A DNA stretch of 64,000 nucleotides, taken from assembly GCF_057098645.1 (NCBI RefSeq), contig NZ_CM169472.1. One strand, given 5' to 3'. The notes below the pieces were generated by a model. The model did not search any database, was not told the DNA's origin, and saw only the letters and a list, made by a program, of their open reading frames with translations. Made by a program: the position numbers and the translations under genes. Every line of letters begins with the position of its first letter. Position 1 is the stretch's first letter. Positions 31,991 through 43,629 of the stretch are shown piece by piece.

Positions 31991-33331
31991 TTAACTCAAC
32001 AGCTGGAACGCAATCATCCCAACGATGGCACCGACAGTGCCGAGGATGGTTTCCATCATGGTCCAGGTTTTCAGCGTTTCGGCTTCGGTCGCGCCGGTAA
32101 ATTTACCGAACAACCAGAAACCAGCGTCGTTAACGTGGCTGACAACAATCGAACCACCGGCGATACAAATCGACAGCGCCGCCATTTGCGCACCGGAGTA
32201 GTTCAGTTGTTCAATGACTGGCATCACCAGTCCCACCGCCGTTAAACAGGCAACGGTGGCAGAACCCTGAATGATGCGCACTGCAGCGGCCAGCACGAAG
32301 CAGGTGATAGCAATCGGCAGGCCCATGCCGGTTAACGCTTCGCCCAGTGCCGGACCTACGCCAGAGTCAACCAGCACCTGTTTGAACACGCCGCCCGCAC
32401 CAATCACCAGCAGAATGATCCCCGCCGGTTGCAGCGCGTGACCGCAAATCTCCATCACTTTGTCTTTTGGCATGCCCTGACGCATTGCCAGGCCATAAAT
32501 CGCTACCAGACAAGCAACCAGAATTGCGGTAAACGGATGACCAATAAACTCGAACCATTCGTAAGCGGTAGAGCCTTCTGGCACAAAACGCGCGGCAATG
32601 GTTTTCAGCCCCACCAGCACCAGCGGCAGCAGGATCAGCGACAGGCTGAATCCGAAGGACGGCATTTTGCCTTCGCCGAGATGCGGCTCGCTGATGTCGT
32701 CAGGAATATGCAACTCCACGTAGCGGCTGATGAAGTTACCCCACAGCGGCCCGGCAATAATCATTCCCGGAATTGCCGCACACAGGCCAATCAGGATCAT
32801 CCAGCCAAAATCGGCGTTCATCTGCGATGCCAGCAGCATTGGCGCTGGCCCTGGCACCAGGAACGCCGCCGCTGCCGCCACGCCTGCGAATAATGGGATT
32901 ACCAGCTTCACCAGGTTCGTACCGGTGTGGCGCGCCATTGAGAAAGCAACGCTAATCAGCAGAACAATCGCCACTTCAAAGAACAGCGGTAGCGCACAGA
33001 CCAGCCCCGCAAGGCCGATGGCATAATGCGCGCGGCTGTGACCGAAGGATTTAAGCATTTTGACGGCAATCTGATCGACTGCGCCGGTTTCATGTAAGAT
33101 CTTGCCAAACATAGCTCCCAGGGCGACAACCACCGCCAGGAAGCCGAGGGTGCCTCCCATCCCTTTTTCCATCGTCGCTGCGATTTTATCGAGCGGCATA
33201 CCGGAAAAAAGGCCAGCCCCCATGGACACCACCATTAAAGCCAGGAAAGCGTGCATACGCGCCTTCATGACTAAAAACAGCAGCAGTAAAACAGACCCTA
33301 CTGCTGTTAAAACAAGCGTTAATGTAGTCAC
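31991..33331 (-). CDS. gntU: gluconate:H+ symporter (GntP family)
   Basis: 446 aa polytopic membrane ORF with GntU sequence. Confidence 0.9.
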   Translation of the reverse strand: MTTLTLVLTAVGSVLLLLFLVMKARMHAFLALMVVSMGAGLFSGMPLDKIAATMEKGMGGTLGFLAVVVALGAMFGKILHETGAVDQIAVKMLKSFGHSRAHYAIGLAGLVCALPLFFEVAIVLLISVAFSMARHTGTNLVKLVIPLFAGVAAAAAFLVPGPAPMLLASQMNADFGWMILIGLCAAIPGMIIAGPLWGNFISRYVELHIPDDISEPHLGEGKMPSFGFSLSLILLPLVLVGLKTIAARFVPEGSTAYEWFEFIGHPFTAILVACLVAIYGLAMRQGMPKDKVMEICGHALQPAGIILLVIGAGGVFKQVLVDSGVGPALGEALTGMGLPIAITCFVLAAAVRIIQGSATVACLTAVGLVMPVIEQLNYSGAQMAALSICIAGGSIVVSHVNDAGFWLFGKFTGATEAETLKTWTMMETILGTVGAIVGMIAFQLLS

Positions 33332-33334
33332 TAC

Positions 33335-33862
33335 TTATTTGCCTTTTTTAATAACCTCAATGGTGCTTGCCACAACACCTTCCAGCGGTTGATCGATATC
33401 CACCACCAGTACATCGGTTTCGTCCGCACCCGGCTCCTGCAGCGTTTCAAACTGCGTCACCAACATTTGGGTTTTAAAGAAATGGCCTTTGCGCGCTTTC
33501 AGGCGGCTTTCAATCACATCAAAATCGCCTTTCAGGTAGATGAAAGAGAGATTCGGATTACCTTCACGCAGCAAGTCGCGATAGTGTTTTTTCAATGCAG
33601 AACAGACGATCAGTGACACTTTATTAGTGCGCTGCATAGCAAACGCGGCGTCGTTCAGCGCCTGCAACCACGGTTTGCGATCATCGTCATTCAGCGGTTC
33701 GCCAGACGCCATTTTTTCGATATTGCGCCGTGGATGGAGGAAATCGCCATCAAGAAACGCGGCATGAAGTTGATGCGCCACTTCACTTGCGACCGCAGAT
33801 TTGCCGCTGCCCGATACGCCCATCAAGACGTAAATGTGGTGATCATGGTTAGTCGTGCTCAA
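33335..33862 (-). CDS. gntK: gluconokinase
   Basis: Product matches GntK from the STTNHDHHIYVLMGVSGSGKS P-loop onward; no in-frame ATG, so a TTG start at 33862 (GGGGG Shine-Dalgarno upstream) is inferred. Confidence 0.85.
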   Translation of the reverse strand: MSTTNHDHHIYVLMGVSGSGKSAVASEVAHQLHAAFLDGDFLHPRRNIEKMASGEPLNDDDRKPWLQALNDAAFAMQRTNKVSLIVCSALKKHYRDLLREGNPNLSFIYLKGDFDVIESRLKARKGHFFKTQMLVTQFETLQEPGADETDVLVVDIDQPLEGVVASTIEVIKKGK

Positions 33863-34000
33863 AGTGGTGCCCCCACAATACAAGAATTAAAAATGTTACG
33901 GGTAACTGTTATCGGTAACATTGTCCAGCCGGACATTATCAGAAGCAATATCCATCCGTGCCTTAAGTGTATAAGTGTGAGCTACTTCAAATTTGTGGGC

Positions 34001-34996
34001 TTAAATAGATCCGCCCGGTGACAAGGTGAAACCTAAATCTAACATTTTCGGTGTCACAGATTCGCCACGAATACGCGCCAGCAGGCGTTCAGCGCCAATA
34101 CTGCCCATCCGCTCACGCGGCGTCAGCACGCTCGCAAGTCGTGGCTCCATCACCTGACCAATGTCATGACCGTGGAAACCGGCAATCGCCATATCGTCAG
34201 GAACTTTTAACCCCAGACGCTGACATTCAAACGCCGCGCCGACCGCCAGGTCATCATTAGTACAGAACACGCCATCCAGCTGCGGATATTCTCGCCGCGC
34301 CTGGCGAATCAGTTCAATACCGGAAGAGTAAGAAGAAGATTGCTCAACCATCACGCTATACGGCACCAGGCCTGCATCCAGCATCGCCTGTTCGTATCCC
34401 TTCTGTTTGATGATAGTACGTTCGTCGAGACGTGCGCCGAGATAGGCAATGTGGCGATGGCCGCGAGCAATAATGGCGGCGGTCATCTGGCGTGCCGCTT
34501 CAAAGTTATCAAAACCGACGGCGATATCGAGGCACGGCGACTTGCTGTCCATCAGTTCCACCACGGGAATACCCGCCACTTCAATCATCTTTAAGGTGCG
34601 CGGCGTGTGGGTACGTTCGGTGAGGATAAGTCCGTCGATATTCCATGAGAGCATTGATTCGAGACGTTCTTGCTCCATTTCCGGTTTATAACCGTAGTGC
34701 GCCAGCATGGTCTGATAACCGTGCGCGTCGGTGACACTTTCGATTCCGCGTAATACTTCCGCGAAAACCTGGTTGGTGAGAGAAGGTAACAGGACGCCAA
34801 TCGCCCGGCTGGTGGCGTTAGAGAGGATATCGGGCGCACGATTGGGAATATAGCCCAGTTCATCAAGAGCCGCGGCAATCTTGCCGCGTAGAGCGACGGA
34901 AACCTGCTCCGGGTTGCGTAAAAAACGGCTGACCGTCATTTTGGTCACGCCTACACGGTCAGCCACATCCTGAAGTACGGGTCTTTTCTTTTTCAT
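34001..34996 (-). CDS. gntR: LacI-family gluconate repressor
   Basis: 331 aa ORF with N-terminal HTH (LQDVADRVGVTKMTVSRFL). Confidence 0.95.
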   Translation of the reverse strand: MKKKRPVLQDVADRVGVTKMTVSRFLRNPEQVSVALRGKIAAALDELGYIPNRAPDILSNATSRAIGVLLPSLTNQVFAEVLRGIESVTDAHGYQTMLAHYGYKPEMEQERLESMLSWNIDGLILTERTHTPRTLKMIEVAGIPVVELMDSKSPCLDIAVGFDNFEAARQMTAAIIARGHRHIAYLGARLDERTIIKQKGYEQAMLDAGLVPYSVMVEQSSSYSSGIELIRQARREYPQLDGVFCTNDDLAVGAAFECQRLGLKVPDDMAIAGFHGHDIGQVMEPRLASVLTPRERMGSIGAERLLARIRGESVTPKMLDLGFTLSPGGSI

Positions 34997-35219
34997 CGTC
35001 CTGAAGGTACAAAAGAGATAGATTCTCTTAGTTTAACACGGACGCATCAGAACCTTCCCGGGGAAAACAGTGCTTGTTTACAATTATTAGATATACACTA
35101 AATCAATTGCATCGCATTGTGCTAACGACGCGGCAAAACCCCGGAAGCGTACATCAGCACGCGACCGGAGCGAGCGAGGAAGCCTGCAAAAAGGCAGGCT
35201 TCAAAGATGCCGTTGAGCT

Positions 35220-35915
35220 TTAAACCGGCGGCAGATCGAACAGTAACACTTCGCTGTCGCTATCCGCATGGATGGAGATTGCCTGCTCATCCCAGATTGC
35301 CAGACCATCGCTGGTCGAGGCTTTCACGCCGTTAATGGTGACATTGCCTTTCACCACCTGGATCCAGACGCGGCGTTCAGCGGCAATCTGATGCACCGAC
35401 TGCTCATCTTTCAGCAACGCCCAGCGGTACAGTTCCATATCCTGATGCACTTTCAATGAACCATCTCGCGCATCTGGCGAAAGCACCAGTTGTTTGCCCT
35501 GTACAGCATCGAAGCGACGCTGTTCATAACGCGGCGTAATACCATTTTCTTCAGGCATGATCCAGATCTGATACAGATGCAGACGCTCGGTGCTGCTTGG
35601 GTTGTACTCTGAGTGACGAATACCCGTACCCGCACTCATAATCTGGAACTCGCCCGCCGGAACCTGCTCTTTATTGCCCATGCTGTCCTGGTGCTCAACA
35701 GTACCTTCCAGCACGTAGGTCAAAATTTCCATATCTTTATGCGGGTGAGTGCCGAAGCCCTGCCCTGCTTCAATCACGTCGTCGTTAATCACGCGCAGCG
35801 CGGAGAAGCCCATAAAGTTCGGATCGTAATAGTTGGCAAAAGAGAAAGTATGCCAGGAGTCCAGCCAGCCATGATTTGCATGACCACGTTCATTTGCTTT
35901 GCGTAAGTAGATCAT
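35220..35915 (-). CDS. yhhW: pirin-like cupin (quercetin 2,3-dioxygenase)
   Basis: 231 aa ORF with pirin/cupin family sequence. Confidence 0.9.
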   Translation of the reverse strand: MIYLRKANERGHANHGWLDSWHTFSFANYYDPNFMGFSALRVINDDVIEAGQGFGTHPHKDMEILTYVLEGTVEHQDSMGNKEQVPAGEFQIMSAGTGIRHSEYNPSSTERLHLYQIWIMPEENGITPRYEQRRFDAVQGKQLVLSPDARDGSLKVHQDMELYRWALLKDEQSVHQIAAERRVWIQVVKGNVTINGVKASTSDGLAIWDEQAISIHADSDSEVLLFDLPPV

Positions 35916-36037
35916 TTGTATTCGCCCCCTGAATGATTTCGATGGGCTTAGTGTGGACCCGATCTGCCTGGGATGATAGAGGGTGAAAATTGACCCCTCT
36001 GTTCAAAAAAATTGAACTATTCGAGGGGCCATCAAAC

Positions 36038-37075
36038 TTACTTCGCGAGAGTCACTGTGGAGGGAGAGGCTTGCTCGAATCCGCGTTCAAGGATTTCCAG
36101 ATTCGTAAGAACTTCAGATTCCTTGACGTAATTTGGCGCACCGTGGGTGATGGTTTGATACAACGCATCATAAACGCGCCCGTAATCGCCCATCTCCGGC
36201 TTCATCTCTTCTCTGACCGTCACGCCCTCGTCATTGACATACTCCAGCACACCGACCGAATCATCCGCTGCGAATCCCGGTTCGCCCGGCATAATATTAG
36301 CCTTCAGGCTGGTTTCCTGCTGGTCGATACCGTATTTAATAAACGAACCTTTCTTACCGTGAACGATAAATTTCGGATAATCGATTTTCACCAGATGGCT
36401 GGTTTTGACGATGGCTTTCAGGTCGCCATAAAACAGTTGCGCTTCAAAGGTGTCGTCAGGATTGGCTTTATTACGCAGGCTGCGGATGTCATAAGCGACG
36501 TGATCCGGGCGACCGAACAGAGAAATAATCTGGTCCATCGTATGCACACCAAGGCCATAGAACGCGCCATCCTGCGGCAGCCCAGGTTTGGTTTCTGCCA
36601 CCGGGCGGTAATAGTCAAAATGGCTTTCCACTTCAACAATCTCTCCCAGCTTACCGCTTTCAATCGCTTTTTTCGCCGTCAGGAAGCAGGAATCAAAGCG
36701 ACGATTCTGATACGGCGTGACGGTCAGCCCTTTGCTTTTCGCCAGTGCAAACAGCTCCTTCGCCTGGGCAAGCGTCGGGGTGAACGGTTTTTCGACCAGC
36801 ACATTTTTCCCGGCTTCCAGCGCGCGTTTCGCGTACTCGAAATGGCTGTCCGCGTGGGTGCAGACAACAACCAGCTTAACATCGGGATCGTTTAGCACTT
36901 CGTCGAGATCGCTGGTGAAATGGATATGAGAGTAAATGGGAGCCTGTTCTTCCGGCTTCGCATGGCGACGAAAAATATGCGCGACATGCCAGCTATCCTT
37001 GCGGTTAAGTACATACGGCAGATGGTAACGGGTGGTGCTTTTGCCGAAGCCAATAAAGGCGCAGTTGATGACCAT
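36038..37075 (-). CDS. yhhX: Gfo/Idh/MocA-family oxidoreductase
   Basis: 345 aa ORF with N-terminal Rossmann motif (NCAFIGFGKSTTRYHLPY). Confidence 0.9.
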   Translation of the reverse strand: MVINCAFIGFGKSTTRYHLPYVLNRKDSWHVAHIFRRHAKPEEQAPIYSHIHFTSDLDEVLNDPDVKLVVVCTHADSHFEYAKRALEAGKNVLVEKPFTPTLAQAKELFALAKSKGLTVTPYQNRRFDSCFLTAKKAIESGKLGEIVEVESHFDYYRPVAETKPGLPQDGAFYGLGVHTMDQIISLFGRPDHVAYDIRSLRNKANPDDTFEAQLFYGDLKAIVKTSHLVKIDYPKFIVHGKKGSFIKYGIDQQETSLKANIMPGEPGFAADDSVGVLEYVNDEGVTVREEMKPEMGDYGRVYDALYQTITHGAPNYVKESEVLTNLEILERGFEQASPSTVTLAK

Positions 37076-37191
37076 GATTTCGTCCTTTTTAAGGTGGTTA
37101 TTTACACCTTAGCGCAAAGCGGACGTGGTTCCTACTGGAGTGCGCATAACGAACACAAGCCCCCCCGTGGATAAATTGAGAACGAAAGATC

Positions 37192-37286
37192 AAAAAAAAA
37201 GCCAGCACCCGGCTGGCTAAGTAATACTGGAAGCAATGTGAGCAATGTCGTGCTTTCAGGTTCTCCGCGAGGGTCTTCCTGATCGC
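37192..37286 (-). ncRNA. ryhB: RyhB small RNA (Fur-repressed)
   Basis: Minus strand reads GCGATCAGGAAGACCCTCGCGGAGAACCTGAAAGCACGACATTGCTCACATTGCTTCCAGTATTACTTAGCCAGCCGGGTGCTGGC followed by a U-run, i.e. the RyhB sequence with its intrinsic terminator. Confidence 0.95.
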
Positions 37287-37288
37287 GA

Positions 37289-37315
37289 GACAATAATAAT
37301 CATTCTCATTCGCAC
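37289..37315 (-). promoter_or_regulatory. Fur box in the ryhB promoter
   Basis: CAATAATAATCATTCTCATT directly upstream of the RyhB 5' end resembles the GATAATGATAATCATTATC Fur consensus. Confidence 0.7.
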
Positions 37316-37407
37316 TTGTCCAACACTTTTTGCAAAAAAATGCATTTGACTCGCATTTGAAAGTCAATGATGTTGAAAGGGACATTTACCCCAAAGAGGA
37401 CAAAGGA

Positions 37408-37896
37408 ATGAGTGAGATAGTAATACGCCACGCAGAAACACGGGATTACGAGGCCATTCGGCAGATTCACGCCCAGCCAGAGGTGTATTACAACACGCTA
37501 CAGGTGCCTCATCCTTCCGATCATATGTGGCAGGAGCGACTCGCCGATCGTCCCGGCATCAAACAGTTAGTTGCCTGTATTGATGGAACCGTCGTGGGTC
37601 ACCTCACCATTGACGTGCAACAGCGCCCACGCCGCAGTCATGTTGCCGATTTTGGTATCTGTGTCGACTCCCGTTGGAAGAATCGCGGCGTCGCCAGCGC
37701 CCTTATGCGAGAGATGATTGAAATGTGCGACAACTGGTTGCGGGTAGATCGTATCGAGCTAACGGTGTTCGTCGATAACGCGCCAGCAATTAAGGTCTAT
37801 AAAAAATACGGCTTTGAAATTGAAGGGACTGGTAAGAAGTACGCATTGCGTAATGGTGAATATGTCGATGCGTATTATATGGCGCGGGTGAAGTAA
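37408..37896 (+). CDS. yhhY: GNAT-family N-acetyltransferase
   Basis: Start placed at MSEIVIRHAETRDYEAI (162 aa) with AAAGAGGA upstream; GNAT fold. Confidence 0.9.
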   Translation: MSEIVIRHAETRDYEAIRQIHAQPEVYYNTLQVPHPSDHMWQERLADRPGIKQLVACIDGTVVGHLTIDVQQRPRRSHVADFGICVDSRWKNRGVASALMREMIEMCDNWLRVDRIELTVFVDNAPAIKVYKKYGFEIEGTGKKYALRNGEYVDAYYMARVK

Positions 37897-38878
37897 GATA
37901 GTGCCCTTTTTCTGAGATGGAAAAAGGGTGTCATTCAAAATCGGCATACCTTCCTTTAATGTATTTATTTTCCCAATAAATATATTGAGATTTACCTCAT
38001 AATTACTTCCTAAAGTGTAATATTTTATTTTTTAATATATACGCCTACAATTTCCTGGAGTAAATAAATAAAAATTAACAAGCATAATAGTGCCATTGAT
38101 AAAATAGCATGCCATAAAAGGACTTTTCAGGGATGAGTAATATTGTTTATCTGACAGTAACGGGAGAACAACAAGGAAGCATCTCCGCAGGTTGTGGGAC
38201 TACTTAATCTATAGGTAATCGCTGGCAGAGCGGGCATGAGAATGAAATATTTACATTCTCACTCGCAAATAGCATTACTAATACGGGGCTTGGTTCACAG
38301 TTACAGGGTATAACATTTTGTAAATTAATTGATAAAAGCACTCCATTACTTATTAATTCCATTAACAATAATGAGCAATTATTTATGGAATTTGACTTTT
38401 ATAGAATCAATAGATTTGGCAGATGGGAAAAGTATTATTATATACAACTAAGAGGCGCTTTTTTATCGGCTATTCATCATCAGATCATTGAAAATCAACT
38501 GGATACAGAAACAATAACTGTTAGTTATGAATTTATCCTCTGTCAACATCTTATCGCAAATACCGAGTTCAGCTATTTGGTTGGCACTCCCTGAAAATTA
38601 TAACCGTTTGTTTTTACCAAATTCAAAAAACCAAACAAATAATGGTTTCAAAACGTTAAACAGCAAAGCTGTTGGCAGGCTACTTGCTGCTGGTGGCGTA
38701 TACAATGGGAACATTGAAGGTTTCAGAGATACTGCGGAAAAACTGGGTGGAGATGCAATCAAAGGCTATGATCAAATACTAAATGAAAAAACAGCGGGCA
38801 TAGCGATAGCAACAGCATCTATTCTTTTAACAAAGCGTTCTAAAGTTGATACATATACAGAAATAAATAGTTACTTAG

Positions 38879-40074
<1,196 letters not shown>

Positions 40075-40511
40075 TTAGGCAAACTTAGAGGTCAACAAAA
40101 ACTTCTTGATGGCATAGACATAATAGAAATAAAATACATTAAGAGACCTTCAAAAGACTTAGCTAACTTACGAAAGGAGTTTAACAAAACTGTAAGAAAA
40201 AATTTTCTTATCAAACTTGCAAAAACCTCCGAAGCATCTGGAAGATTCAACGCCGAAGACCTTTTAAGAATGAGAAAGGGCTATGTTCCTCTAAATTATA
40301 ATGTTCACCATAAACTATCTCTAGATGATGGTGGTACTAATGATTTCGAAAATTTAGTATTAATCGAAAACGAACCATATCATAAAGTTTTTACTAACAT
40401 GCAATCACGAATAGCTAAGGGAATATTAGTAGGTGAAAGCAAAATCACTCCCTGGGCCATTCCATCTGGCTCAATTTATCCTCCCATGAAAAATATTATG
40501 GAACCCACAAA

Positions 40512-41006
40512 ATGATGACTAAAACCCAAATAAACAAATTAATAAAAATGATGAATGATTTAGACTATCCATTTGAAGCACCGCTCAAGGAATCATTTAT
40601 TGAAAGTATAATCCAAATAGAATTTAATTCTAATTCAACTAATTGCCTGGAGAAGTTATGTAATGAAGTTAGTATTCTTTTTAAGAATCAACCTGATTAT
40701 CTTACTTTTTTAAGAGCAATGGATGGATTCGAAGTTAATGGATTGCGATTATTTAGCCTCTCGATTCCAGAACCTTCAGTTAAAAACCTTTTTGCCGTAA
40801 ATGAATTTTATAGAAATAATGATGATTTCATAAACCCTGATCTACAAGAACGGTTAGTGATCGGGGATGATAGCATTTCAATATTTACTTATGACATTAA
40901 AAGTAACTTTTTTGAAATTAGAGATAATATTGGCACAGAAAATATATTCAGTTCGTTTAGTGATTTCTCTTCATTCTTAAACGAAATCATGGACAGTTGT
41001 TCATAA
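40512..41006 (+). CDS. putative immunity protein for the upstream HNH toxin domain
   Basis: 164 aa ORF whose ATG overlaps the toxin stop (ATGA); acidic, very AT-rich; the position matches a toxin-immunity pair and may correspond to K-12 yrhA. Confidence 0.5.
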   Translation: MMTKTQINKLIKMMNDLDYPFEAPLKESFIESIIQIEFNSNSTNCLEKLCNEVSILFKNQPDYLTFLRAMDGFEVNGLRLFSLSIPEPSVKNLFAVNEFYRNNDDFINPDLQERLVIGDDSISIFTYDIKSNFFEIRDNIGTENIFSSFSDFSSFLNEIMDSCS

Positions 41007-41455
41007 TAATCAAAAGGAAACAAAAATCATTGTAAACCATGCCATCTTTTTAGAGATTACCACCAGAAAATTCCTTGTTCGAAATTTAGCAATGCAAGCT
41101 ATGGAAAAACTTACAACGGAACTACACTCCTTAAGTGAGATGGACCGAAGACATGTAGTCTCTATTTTAGCCGAAATAGCTAATGGCTATGATGATTTTA
41201 GTGACATGTTGATTTATTTAGAATTTTACCCAAATCATAAGATTCTGATATCTTAAATAAGAAAATCCCGTTCGAAGTTCTGAAAAAGAAATCACAAAAT
41301 ATTAGCAGATACTTATTTCGTGACTATATCTTATCCGATGAACTTTTTTCAAAACCAGCATTTAATAATATCTTTGACGAAGATGAATGCACCTTTGCTC
41401 AATGTATCACACAGGAATAATAATATAACACTCAACAATAATATTTATTATAATT

Positions 41456-41794
41456 ATGATTACTTATCACGACGCATTCGCGAAAGCGAACCATTACCTT
41501 GATGATGCAGATCTCCCGGTCGTCATTACTCTACATGGACGCTTTAGCCAGGGCTGGTATTTCTGTTTCGAAGCACGAGAATTTCTCGAAACTGGAGATG
41601 AGGCCGCGCGCTTAGCTGGTAACGCACCTTTTATTATTGATAAAGACAGTGGTGAAATTCATTCTCTGGGAACGGCAAAGCCGCTGGAAGAATATCTACA
41701 GGATTACGAAAAAAAAAGGCTACCTTCGGCTTGCCCTGACAAAATAGCCCTCTTCCCACGAAGAGGGCCGCTAACCTTAATACCCCGCAGTTAA
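41456..41794 (+). CDS. yrhB: small conserved protein, YrhB-like
   Basis: ORF starting MITYHDAFAKANHYLDDADLPVVITLHGRF; its 3' end overlaps the convergent ggt, so the true stop is uncertain. Confidence 0.6.
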   Translation: MITYHDAFAKANHYLDDADLPVVITLHGRFSQGWYFCFEAREFLETGDEAARLAGNAPFIIDKDSGEIHSLGTAKPLEEYLQDYEKKRLPSACPDKIALFPRRGPLTLIPRS

Positions 41795-43510
41795 ATCATC
41801 CACCGAGCGCGGGTCGGATGCACCATACAGCTCACCGTCCGGCCCAACCATAATGCTTTGTGTACTGCCCATCGCCTCTTTCAGCGCCACTTTCTGACCT
41901 TTTGCTTCCAGCAGCTTGAGCGTATCCGGGCTAAACCCTTTTTCGACACGCAGCTCGTCCGGCAACCACTGATGGTGGAAACGCGGCGCATTGGTCGCTT
42001 CGGCGACGTTCATGCCATAATCGATGCTATTCACCACCATTTGAAGCACTGTAGTGATGATCCGGCTCCCGCCAGGGCTACCGGTGACCAGCCAGGTTTT
42101 ACCGTCTTTCACCACAATGGTGGGTGACATCGATGACAGCGGGCGTTTGTTCGGCCCGACGGCGTTGGCATCACCGCCCACCAGCCCGTAAACGTTCGGT
42201 ACGCCCGGTTTGGCGGAGAAATCATCCATCTGGTTATTAAGCAGAATACCGCTCTCGCCCGCGACAATGCCCGTACCGAAGGTGGTGTTCAGCGTATAGG
42301 TCACCGCCACCGCGTTACCATCTTTATCCACCACTGAGTAATGGGTAGTTTGATTACTCTCATAAGGCGCAAGCTTGCCAGGGCGAATCTCGCTGGACGG
42401 TTTCGCTTTATTGATATCGATTTGCTCGGCAATAGATTTGGCATAGGCTTTATTGGTCAGCGCCTGCCACGGGACTTTCACAAAATCCGGGTCGCCAAGA
42501 TATTCCGAGCGGTCAGCGTAGGCATATTTCTCCGCTTCTGCCATGATCTGCATCGCGTCGGCGCTGCCAAAACCGTATTTCTTCATATCGAAGTTTTCCA
42601 GAATATTGAGGATTTGTACGATATGGATCCCGCCGGAGGATGGCGGTGGCATGGAGTAAACCTGATACCCGCGATAATCGCCGCTTATCGGTGTGCGTTC
42701 GACCGCTTTATACGCCGCTAAATCTTCTTTAGTGATCAGGCCACCGTTTTTCTGCATCTCCTGGGCAATCTGTTCCGCTATCGTGCCTTTGTAGAATTCG
42801 TCCGGGCCGTTTTCGGCAATCATCTCCAGGCTCTTTGCCAGGTTCGCCTGCACCAGCTTGTCGCCCTTTTTCAGCGGCTCGCCCTCTTTCCAGAAGATAG
42901 CCTTGCTGTTTTCGTGATTCGGCAGCACTTCGCTCCCGTAGGTTTTGAGATCGTCAGCCAGCGCGTCGTTAACGATAAAACCATCGCGTGCCAGTTTAAA
43001 CGCTGGCTGCACCACTTTGTTCAACGGCATTGTGCCGTATTTATCCAACGCCAGCGAGAAACCAGCGACCGTACCGGGCGTGCCGGAAGCCAGATGCGAA
43101 GTGAGTGATTTTTTGCTGTCCGGGTTGCCCTGGTCATCAAGGAACATATCGCGGGTCGCTTTGGCGGGTGCCATTTCGCGGAAATCGATAGCGGTGGTAT
43201 TGCCATTTTTCGAGCGGATCAGCATAAAACCACCACCGCCCAGATTCCCTGCCTGCGGATGCGTTACCGCCAGCGCGTAGCCCACAGCCACGGCGGCATC
43301 AACGGCATTCCCGCCCTCCTTGAGGATATCCACCCCCACCTGAGTGGCAGTAGCATCTACAGATGCCACCATCCCCTGTTTCGCGCGTACCGGATGGAAG
43401 ACATCTTCCTCCACGCCGTAAGAAACAGGAGGCGCGGCGGCGGCGCTAAAACAACTTCCTGAGAGCAGAGCAGCAATAGCCACCCGGCGTAAAAACGTCG
43501 GTTTTATCAT
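41777..43510 (-). CDS. ggt: gamma-glutamyltranspeptidase
   Basis: Start placed at MIKPTFLRRVAIAALLSGS (signal peptide) within the 586 aa ORF. Confidence 0.95.
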   Translation of the reverse strand: MIKPTFLRRVAIAALLSGSCFSAAAAPPVSYGVEEDVFHPVRAKQGMVASVDATATQVGVDILKEGGNAVDAAVAVGYALAVTHPQAGNLGGGGFMLIRSKNGNTTAIDFREMAPAKATRDMFLDDQGNPDSKKSLTSHLASGTPGTVAGFSLALDKYGTMPLNKVVQPAFKLARDGFIVNDALADDLKTYGSEVLPNHENSKAIFWKEGEPLKKGDKLVQANLAKSLEMIAENGPDEFYKGTIAEQIAQEMQKNGGLITKEDLAAYKAVERTPISGDYRGYQVYSMPPPSSGGIHIVQILNILENFDMKKYGFGSADAMQIMAEAEKYAYADRSEYLGDPDFVKVPWQALTNKAYAKSIAEQIDINKAKPSSEIRPGKLAPYESNQTTHYSVVDKDGNAVAVTYTLNTTFGTGIVAGESGILLNNQMDDFSAKPGVPNVYGLVGGDANAVGPNKRPLSSMSPTIVVKDGKTWLVTGSPGGSRIITTVLQMVVNSIDYGMNVAEATNAPRFHHQWLPDELRVEKGFSPDTLKLLEAKGQKVALKEAMGSTQSIMVGPDGELYGASDPRSVDDLTAGY

Positions 43511-43629
43511 CGTTATTCTCCAGAGATTAAGGGGCAACCCCAGCTAAGCCTGGTATATAACTCTGAATTAATCCTGATGATTGCAGGAAAGGAGTAAACT
43601 TAAAGAATATCTTCAGAGGAGGATACGCG

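Noticed and set aside
35990-36895. 301 aa plus-strand ORF
   Set aside because: Antisense within yhhX; a shadow ORF.
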